DNA of 64,000 nt from an uncultured Candidatus Binatia bacterium (GTDB lineage Bacteria > Desulfobacterota > Binatia > UBA9968 > JAJDTQ01). A program made the position numbers and the translations under genes. Below the pieces are notes generated by a model. The model saw nothing but the letters and a program-made list of their open reading frames with translations. It did no database searches and had not been told where the DNA came from. This document shows positions 1-7,659 of this stretch, piece by piece. Within the stretch, counting starts at the first letter, position 1. The number at the start of each line of letters is the position of its first letter. Where the stretch lies: contig OZ243916.1 in NCBI GenBank assembly GCA_965213675.1, positions 160,001 through 224,000 on the forward strand. Reading direction: 5' to 3'.

Positions 1-192
1 GAGCCGGTGGTTGTGCCCGCGGCCGTAGCTGGCCGACGTGTCCAGCAGCGTAACGCCGAGATCCATGGCGCGGTGGATGGTGGCGATGGATTCGGCATCG
101 TCGGCCGCGCCGTACGCCCCCGACATGGAGAAACAACCGAGCCCGATGCGCGAGAGTTTCTCGCCCGTGTTGCCGAATGTCGCGGTTTCCAT
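1..192 (-). CDS. Aldo/keto reductase, N-terminal part (runs off the window edge)
   Basis: Not in the ORF track. Manual translation from ATG at 192: METATFGNTGEKLSRIGLGCFSMSGAYGAADDAESIATIHRAMDLGVTLLDTSASYGRGHNHRL, with the AKR motifs IGLGC and LDTxxxYG. Confidence 0.9.
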   Translation of the reverse strand, partial: METATFGNTGEKLSRIGLGCFSMSGAYGAADDAESIATIHRAMDLGVTLLDTSASYGRGHNHRL

Positions 193-368
193 GGGATGCG
201 TCCTGCGGCGCAAGCTCCTGGTTGGAGCTGCGTTTGGAAATACGTTGACGACGATGTGCGGGAATAACTGTCACCGGCATGATCGGCAAGGCGCGATGAC
301 TTCCACGGGCGACCTGCGGTCATCCCTGGGTAGGCTCTGTTCCTTCCGAAGCCGCGGCACGAGTCCTC

Positions 369-1379
369 TCACAGGTCCAGGGTGCTGGGCGCGAAGATCT
401 CGTCCAGCGCGAGTTTGCGCGGCGTGAGTTTCTGCTCGAACGAGTAATCGATGAGGGTCTCGAGCATGGCCGCGTTGTCCCGGATGCCGTAGGGGAAGGG
501 TTCTGGGCCGACGATGGCGCGGGTCTGTTCCAGGTACTGCGGGCCGAAGAAAAGGTCCGACGGGATGGCCTGCGGCAGTTGTTGCAGCCAGTGCTCCCTG
601 GCTTTGGTGAAGGCCGCGTAGAGGTTGAAGGCGAGCCACGGGTGCTTCTCGTACACGTCGCCGCGGATCACGTAGCAGTGGTTGATGGGTACGAAACCGT
701 GGGCCTCGACGTAGCGCCGGCCCTCGGCCATGGCGTCCGGAAACAGCGGCCGCACCGTGTCGGCGTCGCCCTCCCGGCGAACGTGCGTGGAGCGGTCGAT
801 GACATTGCGCCCGGCGTGGAATGCGCTCAGCACCATGGCGGTGTCGAGTTCGCGGTCCACCAGCATGGAGATCAGGCTCTTGTTCTTGGGGATGCGATGG
901 AAGCGGATCCCTTCCGGCGGCGCAAACCCGGTGGCGCCGCCGTGGCTCAGTTCCTCGCTGCGTTCCATGTACCAGTCCACGCCGAATTGAGACACGCCGA
1001 AGTCGTGCTCCAGGGTGCCCCGGGTCCACAGCGCCGCGGTCTGCTGGTACTCGCCGACGCCGATGCGCTTGCCCGCCAGCTCTCCCGCGTCCGTGATGCC
1101 GGAATCCCTGTGGACGTAGAGCGCCAGGTGCATGAAGCGGCGCGAAGGGAACACGGGGATGGCCACCATGTCGTGTCCCCGGGACTTGGCGATGAGCAGG
1201 GAGGACATGGACATCTCCGCCACCTGGAACTCGCCGAACCGGAGCTGCCGCCAGAAGGTCTCGGACGGATGCGATTCGGACCACACCAGCTCGGCGCCTT
1301 CCACGGGAACGGCGCCGTCGAGCAGCGGGGCGATGCGTTCGTATTTTGAGGAGACCAGGCTGAGTTGGAGTTTCTTCAT
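369..1379 (-). CDS. 4,5-dihydroxyphthalate decarboxylase-like / periplasmic-binding-protein-fold protein
   Basis: 336 aa; family motifs EF(Q/D)VAEMSMSS, AIPVFPSRRF, GKRIGVGEYQQTA, PYGI..N, Y..EQ. Confidence 0.8.
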   Translation of the reverse strand: MKKLQLSLVSSKYERIAPLLDGAVPVEGAELVWSESHPSETFWRQLRFGEFQVAEMSMSSLLIAKSRGHDMVAIPVFPSRRFMHLALYVHRDSGITDAGELAGKRIGVGEYQQTAALWTRGTLEHDFGVSQFGVDWYMERSEELSHGGATGFAPPEGIRFHRIPKNKSLISMLVDRELDTAMVLSAFHAGRNVIDRSTHVRREGDADTVRPLFPDAMAEGRRYVEAHGFVPINHCYVIRGDVYEKHPWLAFNLYAAFTKAREHWLQQLPQAIPSDLFFGPQYLEQTRAIVGPEPFPYGIRDNAAMLETLIDYSFEQKLTPRKLALDEIFAPSTLDL

Positions 1380-1490
1380 GGTCGGCGTGTCAACGAGAGC
1401 CGTGCGGGCGATGTGGCGCGCGCTGTCGAGGGCGGTCCGGCCTCGATGACCCGGAGCCCGGGGTGACGAGGCCGGAGTTGCCCGGCTTGG

Positions 1491-2570
1491 CTACTGCGGG
1501 GTCACGCACGTGGTCAGCACCGACGGAAGCTCCGGCAGCACCGGTTCCCAGGAGTCGCCGCGGTCGCGGGTGACGTAAAGCGCGCCCATGCCCCGGTCCT
1601 TGGGATCGAACCCGAAGCCGCGGGAGCCGTCCCCCATGGCGGCGAAGACCGCGTTGGGGTCCTCGGGGTGGCGCTGCAGCGTCCATGGCATGTACGGCAT
1701 CATCTCCGTCAGGCCATTGGTGGCGGTGCGCCAGGTCGCGCCCTCGTCATCGCTCAGCAGGATCACGCCGTGGGGATGGGTGCTCTCGCCGCGCCAGACT
1801 CCGGGGGAGCCGCGCCCGCCGCACACCATCATCCGCGGGGCGTCCCCGGGCAGGAAGTACCAGTCGTGGGTGTAGCTGTACTTCTCGGTATAGCCCCACG
1901 GCATGCCATCCTCCACCCGGCGCCACTGGCGACCGCGGTCGTCGCTGCGGAAGAAGCCCCGGGCGCACGACACGTAGTAGCGGTCCTTGCTGCCCGGGTA
2001 GTTGTAGATATGGTGCATGTCGAGATAGTCGATGCCCGCGCTGGCGTCCTCCCAGGTCTTGCCCCGGTCCTCGCTGCGCACGACCCCGCCGTGCTCCAGC
2101 GTCAGCAGCAGTAGGTTGGCGTCGTCCGGATGGATGAAGATGTTGCAGACGTGCGGGAACTGTATACCGACGTACGGTCCCGGAACGCACCACTGGTTCT
2201 GCACATCCTCGGGCATCTGCCGCAGGCTCTCCAGGTTCTCCCAGGTGTCGCCGCTGTCCTCGCTGCGCATGAGCTGCACCGGACCGAGTCCGGCATAGAC
2301 CACGCGGTCGTCATGGGGATCCACGGCGAAACAGCGGGCGTCGCCGTCGATGACCTTTTCCCAGCTCCTGCCCGCGTCGTTCGTGCGGTAGGCGCCGTCG
2401 AAGGGTACGGCGGCGAAAACGCGCTCGGGTCGGGTCCTGCAGCGCGCCAGCCCGTCCACGGTCTGTCCGGAAAAATGTTCGGCGCGCGTCTCCAACCGGC
2501 CGCCGCGGTCCTCCTCGTACACGGTGAGCCCGCCGTTGAAAGCCACGTAATAACGGAGTGAATCACCCAT
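1491..2570 (-). CDS. BNR/Asp-box repeat beta-propeller protein (sialidase/glycosyl hydrolase-like)
   Basis: Repeated SxDxGxTW Asp-boxes: TNDAGRSW, SEDSGDTW, SEDRGKTW, SDDRGRQW, SDDEGATW, TRDRGDSW. Confidence 0.85.
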   Translation of the reverse strand: MGDSLRYYVAFNGGLTVYEEDRGGRLETRAEHFSGQTVDGLARCRTRPERVFAAVPFDGAYRTNDAGRSWEKVIDGDARCFAVDPHDDRVVYAGLGPVQLMRSEDSGDTWENLESLRQMPEDVQNQWCVPGPYVGIQFPHVCNIFIHPDDANLLLLTLEHGGVVRSEDRGKTWEDASAGIDYLDMHHIYNYPGSKDRYYVSCARGFFRSDDRGRQWRRVEDGMPWGYTEKYSYTHDWYFLPGDAPRMMVCGGRGSPGVWRGESTHPHGVILLSDDEGATWRTATNGLTEMMPYMPWTLQRHPEDPNAVFAAMGDGSRGFGFDPKDRGMGALYVTRDRGDSWEPVLPELPSVLTTCVTPQ

Positions 2571-2637
2571 GGTTCTCTCCTTTCACGAATGCCGGATCGA
2601 AGGACAATCCCCAGGAGCCTGCGCGGCAGACACCACA

Positions 2638-3891
2638 CTAGCGCGGCGCCACCAGGATTTCCTCCCTGGGAAAATGGTCCATGATCTCGGCGCCATCCTT
2701 GGTCACCACCACCATGTTTTCCAGCCGCACGCCGCCCACGCGGGTCTCGCCCTCACGGCTCTCGATGGCGATGGTCATGCCCTCCTCGAACACCTGCGGG
2801 TGCTTGAGGGACCACTGCCGGTTGATGATGGGAATGTCGTAGTTGGTGCTTCCCTGGGTGAGTCCGATGCCGTGGCCGATCTCGCTGGCCAGGACCTCGC
2901 ATTCTTCGTCGTAACCCCAACTCGATGCGGGTGGGAAGTGCTTGGCGGCGTCCGCGGTGGTGGCGCCGGGCTTGATGGCGTCGATGACGCCGTCGATGCT
3001 GTCACGGACGCGCTTGTACCAGTCCTGCTCCGTGGGCGTGGGTTTCCGGCCGACGATGAACGTGCGGTACGTGCAGGTGGCGTAACCCTGGTAGGTGAGG
3101 CCGCAGAGCGAGCCGTACAGCAGGTCGCCGGTTTGCAGCAGCCGGCTGGACTGGTGGAAGCCGCGGTCGAAGGTGCTGGGGCCGGAGCGCCAGCCTCCCG
3201 GCGGCGCCGACTCCGCGCCCATGTCGTAGCCCGCCTTGGTGGCGACGCCCGACAGCTCGGTGTCGCGCACGCCCGGCTTGGCGGCTTCCCAGATGCGGTA
3301 CCACACGCCTTCCACGATGGCCGCCGCGGTCTTGAGGCAATCGATCTCGTCCGCCGTCTTTATCTTGCGGATCTCCTTCATCACCAGGCTGAAGTCCACG
3401 AGGTTCTTGACCCCGGCGTTGGTGAGCGCCTCCCGCGCGATTCCGTCGAACGCGCTGAAGCCGATCTTCTCGTCGAGCAGGCCCCGGCTCTTCAATTCGT
3501 CGTGAATGTCGGCGGCGAACTGCCGCGCCTCGTCCCGGGCGGCCTCGATGCCGCAGGCCGCGGTGAGCCAGGCCCGGGCCGGCCGCCACTCCTTGATCCA
3601 GGGCGCCTGGTCCGGCATCTGGTGGAAGTGGCCGCTGTGCTCGAACATGATCGGGTCGTGGTCCGCGAAGAACAACGTGTAGCGGCACATGGGGTAGTTG
3701 AAGCCCTTGAGGCCCGTGAGGTAGCGGATATTGGCCGAGTTGGCTTCCAGCAACGCGGGAATGCCGTGCTCGCGCATGATGCGCTTGGCGCGCTCGGCCC
3801 GTTGCCGCCGCATGCGGTCCGTGTTGAGCCGCTCCTGCCAGTCCGAAATCTCGTTGCCGTAGATGAGCTTCGATGCGTACCGTGGCGCCAT
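2638..3891 (-). CDS. M24 family (Xaa-Pro peptidase/creatinase-like) hydrolase
   Basis: NIRYLTG, IKTADEI, GHGIG, GMTIAIE and VRLENMVVVT motifs. Start moved to MAPRY (3891), which follows an AGGGAGG SD. Confidence 0.85.
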   Translation of the reverse strand: MAPRYASKLIYGNEISDWQERLNTDRMRRQRAERAKRIMREHGIPALLEANSANIRYLTGLKGFNYPMCRYTLFFADHDPIMFEHSGHFHQMPDQAPWIKEWRPARAWLTAACGIEAARDEARQFAADIHDELKSRGLLDEKIGFSAFDGIAREALTNAGVKNLVDFSLVMKEIRKIKTADEIDCLKTAAAIVEGVWYRIWEAAKPGVRDTELSGVATKAGYDMGAESAPPGGWRSGPSTFDRGFHQSSRLLQTGDLLYGSLCGLTYQGYATCTYRTFIVGRKPTPTEQDWYKRVRDSIDGVIDAIKPGATTADAAKHFPPASSWGYDEECEVLASEIGHGIGLTQGSTNYDIPIINRQWSLKHPQVFEEGMTIAIESREGETRVGGVRLENMVVVTKDGAEIMDHFPREEILVAPR

Positions 3892-3940
3892 GAATGAAAC
3901 CTCCCTTGGTGAGCGCGAGAAACAGGATCCGTGCGACGAG

Positions 3941-3963
3941 GTGGGTTCGAAACCCGCCCCTAC
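3941..3963 (-). repeat. GTAG-type REP-like extragenic palindrome
   Basis: Minus strand reads GTAGGGGCGGGTTTCGAACCCAC: a GTAG tetranucleotide followed by an imperfect GCGGGTT/AACCCAC hairpin, in a divergent intergenic region. Confidence 0.5.
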
Positions 3964-3983
3964 ATGGCCACATGCGCCGGTCC

Positions 3984-4012
3984 TTGTCAAGATTCGGGGG
4001 CGGTAATAGGAT
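3984..4012 (+). promoter_or_regulatory. Putative sigma-70 promoter for the amidohydrolase-VOC genes
   Basis: TTGTCA-17 bp-TAGGAT, about 85 bp upstream of the ATG at 4097 (SD AGGAG). Confidence 0.45.
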
Positions 4013-4096
4013 GGCCGTCGGGATCCGGCGAATGCGTCCCGCGGCAAGTGTCCACGGGGGCGCGTTCAAGGAATCGGTGAGCACAGGAGACGAACG

Positions 4097-5128
4097 ATGA
4101 GTGAATATCGAGCCGTGGACGCCGACGGCCACGTGATGGAGCACCCGGCCGAGATCAAGGAATTCTTCGAGCCGCCCTACAACCAACTGCCGTGGACCGT
4201 CTATTCGCTGTTCCCCAGCGTGGATGGCTTCGTCCGCGGCTTCTCGCGCCCCACCGAGGACGACGACCCCGACGCCGAGCGCTGGATCGCCTTCCTGGAC
4301 CGGTGCGGCATCGAGACCTCCTATCTGTATCCGTCGGTGGGGCTTGCCAGCGGCATGATCCAGGACCGGGATTACGCCGCCGCCATTGCCCGGGCCTACA
4401 ACCGTTGGGTGCACGCGAAGTTCATGCAGGCCAGCGAACGCCTGCGCGCGGTGGCGCTGATCCCGGCCCAGAACATCCCGGAGGCGGTCACCGAGCTTCG
4501 CGCCGCGGTGACGGAGTTGGGCATGCCGGGGGCAATGCTGCCCGCGGTCACGGCCGCCGGCAAGCACTACGGCCACCGCGACTTCGACCCGCTCTACGAG
4601 GAGGCCCAGCGCCTCGGCTGCGGCCTCGCCATCCACGGCGCCGTGAGCCAGCGCATCGGCATCGACAATTCGGACAACCTCTTCAAGACCACGACGCTGG
4701 AGCACCCCGTGTCCCAACTCATCCAGTTCACCGACATGATGGCCGAGGGCGTGTTCGAACGTTTCCCCGACCTGCGTTTCGCCTTTCTGGAGGCGGGCGC
4801 CGGATGGGCGCCCTACATGATGGACCGCATGGACGAGAACTACGAGCGCCGCGGCAAGCGCTGGTGCCCGGCGCTGACCAAACGCCCCAGCGAGTACGTG
4901 CGCGACGGCCACATCTACTTCAGTTGCGAGGTGGAGGAGAGGACGCTGCCCGCCGTGCTGCAACTTGTGGGCGAGGACCGCATTTTCTTTGCGTCCGACT
5001 ACCCCCACGAGCGCCACAAGGGCGAGTTCTACGGCGACATCGACGAGTTGAGCGCCCGGCAGGACCTCTCGGACGCGCAGAAGCACAAGGTTCTCTACGC
5101 CAACGCCGACCGCTTCTACAACGGGTAG
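4097..5128 (+). CDS. Amidohydrolase family protein (Amidohydro_2, decarboxylase/hydratase-type)
   Basis: DADGH metal motif, LAIHG, FPDLRFAFLEAG, FASDYPH, NADRFY. Confidence 0.9.
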   Translation: MSEYRAVDADGHVMEHPAEIKEFFEPPYNQLPWTVYSLFPSVDGFVRGFSRPTEDDDPDAERWIAFLDRCGIETSYLYPSVGLASGMIQDRDYAAAIARAYNRWVHAKFMQASERLRAVALIPAQNIPEAVTELRAAVTELGMPGAMLPAVTAAGKHYGHRDFDPLYEEAQRLGCGLAIHGAVSQRIGIDNSDNLFKTTTLEHPVSQLIQFTDMMAEGVFERFPDLRFAFLEAGAGWAPYMMDRMDENYERRGKRWCPALTKRPSEYVRDGHIYFSCEVEERTLPAVLQLVGEDRIFFASDYPHERHKGEFYGDIDELSARQDLSDAQKHKVLYANADRFYNG

Positions 5129-5167
5129 GGCGAGCCGCCCGGAGACGCTCGCAGGAGGAATCGCATC

Positions 5168-5629
5168 ATGCCGAAGGTGACATCACTGGGCCACATCGGT
5201 CTGCTGGTCCACGATATCGAACGCTCCAAGGCCTTCTACCGCGACGTGCTGGGCATGACCGTCAGCGACGAGAGCGACACCGGCACCGTATTCATGACCG
5301 CCCAGGAGCGCGATCAGGAGCACCACGAACTGCAACTGCGTCCCGGGCGGGCACAGGGCGCAGAAGGCAACGGCAACATCGTCACGCAGATTTCCTTCCG
5401 CTGCGGTACCCTGGCGGAACTCAAGGCCTTCCACCGTGACTTCCTTGACCGCGGCGTCCCCGTCGAGCGCGTTGCCAGCCACGGCAACGCCATCGGCATC
5501 TATTTCCACGACCCCGACGGCAACACCGTCGAAGTCTACTGGCCCACCGGCATCGACTGGCCCCAGCCGTTCCGGAAGCCGGTGGATCTCACAGCGGCCG
5601 ACGAGGAGATCCTGGCGAATCTGACGTAA
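5168..5629 (+). CDS. VOC (glyoxalase/extradiol dioxygenase) family protein
   Basis: LGHIGLLVHDIERSKAFYRDVLG, EHHEL, IYFHDPDGNTVEVY; SD AGGAGG. Confidence 0.9.
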   Translation: MPKVTSLGHIGLLVHDIERSKAFYRDVLGMTVSDESDTGTVFMTAQERDQEHHELQLRPGRAQGAEGNGNIVTQISFRCGTLAELKAFHRDFLDRGVPVERVASHGNAIGIYFHDPDGNTVEVYWPTGIDWPQPFRKPVDLTAADEEILANLT

Positions 5630-5683
5630 AACTAAAGTTCCTCCCGACACTGCCGAACAGGACAGTAGCGGGAGGAAGAAACC

Positions 5684-6643
5684 TTGGCAAATGAAGTCGA
5701 TCGCCCTCATGACAGCCTGTTTCGCAAGGTGTTCTCTGACGTAGGAGAAGCTGTCGGCCTGTTGCGCACGGCGTTGCCCGGTGTTCTCCAGGAGCGCGTG
5801 GATTGGACCAGCCTCAAGCTCCTGGACGGGAGCTTCGTGGACGAAAACCTGAGACAGAGCCAAACGGACCTCCTGTACGAGGTGGCGTACGGCGAAGGCG
5901 CTGAACCGGTGTGGCTTTACGTGCTGCTGGAACATCAATCGACCCCGGACGCCCGAATGTCGTTTCGCATGTTGAAATACTGCTGCCGCATCTGGGACAC
6001 CGGAGTACAGGACGGAGCCGGGCCATCCTGGTTTCGCCCCATCGTGCCCATGGTTTTCTACCAAGGCCGCGACGGATGGACGCATTCCACCCAGTTCGCG
6101 GACCTGTTCCCCGAGGTGGCGCGGGAGTGGCCGTGGGTTCCCCGGTTCGCCCATCTGCTGCTGGACCAGACCAGTCTGAAACCCGACGAGGTGGAAGGGG
6201 CAGCAAGGGGACGGGTCGCGCAGTGGTTGATGATGGCCGCGTATGGGCGACACGTGACGTTGGCGATGGACATGGCGGCGCAGTTGTTGCGCCAGTTGAG
6301 TTTGCAGAGAGAGATCGATTACTTTGAACTGTTCGTCTTGTACGTCATGGCGACTCAGGACACCGCAGGCACCGAGGCATTTGGCGATGCGCTGCGGCGA
6401 CACGGACACGGGCAGGGAGGAATGATCATGTCATACGCTCAGCAGCTTCTGGCGGAGGGCGAAGCAAAGGGCCGAGTCGAAGGCGAACGCCTCGGACAGT
6501 TGAAGACGGTCGAAGGCTTTTTGCGCGCTGGTGTGGGCTGGGACGTGATCGAGGAAGCGACGGGCCTGAACGAGTCTGGATTTATGGCTCTCAAGGAACG
6601 GTTGTCCGCAGGGGATGACGTGACTCCTGGCCCATCACAGTGA
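5684..6643 (+). CDS. Rpn family recombination-promoting nuclease / YhgA-like putative transposase
   Basis: HDSLFRKVFS, SFVDENL...TDLLY, YVLLEHQS.PD..M.FRML.Y, PMVFYQG, and a C-terminal MSYAQQL..EG...G..EG tail; TTG start with SD GGAGG. Confidence 0.9.
   Translation: MANEVDRPHDSLFRKVFSDVGEAVGLLRTALPGVLQERVDWTSLKLLDGSFVDENLRQSQTDLLYEVAYGEGAEPVWLYVLLEHQSTPDARMSFRMLKYCCRIWDTGVQDGAGPSWFRPIVPMVFYQGRDGWTHSTQFADLFPEVAREWPWVPRFAHLLLDQTSLKPDEVEGAARGRVAQWLMMAAYGRHVTLAMDMAAQLLRQLSLQREIDYFELFVLYVMATQDTAGTEAFGDALRRHGHGQGGMIMSYAQQLLAEGEAKGRVEGERLGQLKTVEGFLRAGVGWDVIEEATGLNESGFMALKERLSAGDDVTPGPSQ
6428..6643 (+). CDS. Putative intragenic small Rpn protein (RpnS-like antitoxin, 71 aa), in frame inside the Rpn gene
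   Basis: GGGAGG at 6415-6420, 7 nt before an in-frame ATG at 6428 (MSYAQQLLAEG...). Confidence 0.55.
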   Translation: MSYAQQLLAEGEAKGRVEGERLGQLKTVEGFLRAGVGWDVIEEATGLNESGFMALKERLSAGDDVTPGPSQ

Positions 6644-6682
6644 ATCTGTACGAAACGCTGAACTGATCGACGGCAATGACGG

Positions 6683-7280
6683 TCATTCGTCGTCGAGCAT
6701 GTCTATGCGTTGTATGATGTTGGGGTTGCCGCCTTCGCGAAGGATGAAGCCTTTCAGGTCGCGGATTATATCAGCGTTAGCGTGAAAACGCTTGGCCGCA
6801 CGCGATAACGGACGAGTCGTTCCGTGGTAAGGAGGGGCCGACTGTTCGATGCGCCTAGCGAGGTCAACGTTGCGTTCCCCGGCCGTATCCAGTGCGGCCA
6901 GAAGCCGTCCTGCGGCCGGCTCGTGATCCGGGTCGAGGAAGCCCGGGCGCGCCTCGCGGTGCCTCAGAAGCGCCGCCAGCATCCGTAGCGCAGTCTTGAA
7001 CCGTACTTTGTAACATCTTGCGGGACCCCTCCTGTTCTCATCTTGGAGAGTCTCCACGGTCGCTTCCACGATATGCTCAGCGAGCGAGGGGTTGAGGTTG
7101 ACAGCCGCCTTGTCCGAAGTGCCCAGAACCCGGGCCAAGCCCGCGCGGTCCGGCGATATCATCCGTTTCCTGCGTCTGAGTCGTTGTTCCAACCCCGCGA
7201 AATACCGTCTCAACTGGTTCTCTCCCTCGACAACGCGCGCCACACCTTCGCACAAGAGCGTGGCGTTGATGTCGTAGGAG
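6683..7280 (-). pseudogene. 5'-truncated gene of unknown function (about 198 C-terminal codons), cut by the MITE
   Basis: An open, protein-like frame runs to a stop at 6683. The N-terminus in the ORF track (MLRCIPP...FPGPP) is translated MITE sequence. Confidence 0.55.
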
Positions 7281-7381
7281 TGAGGTGGTCCCGGAAAAAC
7301 GGACAGGTTGTTAAGGTGTATCCCTCCCTCAGTCGGTGGGATACACCTTAACAACCTGTCCGTTTTTCCGGGACCACCTCA
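7281..7381. mobile_element. 101-bp IS3-family-like MITE (perfect 44-bp terminal inverted repeats, 13-bp spacer)
   Basis: TGAGGTGGTCCCGGAAAAACGGACAGGTTGTTAAGGTGTATCCC (7281-7324) has an exact reverse complement at 7338-7381. Ends are TG...CA, and GGACA sits at positions 21-25, as in the IS3 left end at 59359. Confidence 0.8.
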
Positions 7382-7510
7382 GAAACTCGGTGGGCTTGCC
7401 GACAAATCGCCGAAGAGCCTGATGCGTATGTTCGGCCCTGGAGGCAAACCCCGAGCCCGTGCTCTGTGTGAGATCATCGACCAGCTTCAGAAGCATAAGG
7501 GGTTTGAAGG
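7382..7510 (+). pseudogene. C-terminal fragment of an HTH addiction-module antidote/transcriptional regulator
   Basis: KLGGLADKSPKSLMRMFGPGGKPRARALCEIIDQLQK resembles the KSPKSLMRMFGPxGNP signature of small antidote-type HTH proteins; the N-terminus is missing at the MITE junction. Confidence 0.55.
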
Positions 7511-7659
7511 TTCAAACAATCAGATGAGGCGCAGGTGGAAGGCACCGCGGCGCCGTTGCCGGCATTACGCTCCGTTGATCCGACCTACGGGTCGCCCGAG
7601 AATCCGCCTGTGAAGTGGGACCCTGCGCAGAGCGGCGCAGGGTCCGGAGTGGAGTCCCG

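Noticed and set aside
3930-3965. tRNA fragment (GGTTCGAAACCC resembles a T-arm)
   Set aside because: No acceptor, D or anticodon arms; better explained as a GTAG REP-like hairpin.
7308-7613. 101-aa and 223-aa ORFs with near-identical N-termini as real paralogs
   Set aside because: The shared N-terminus is the palindromic MITE read on both strands.
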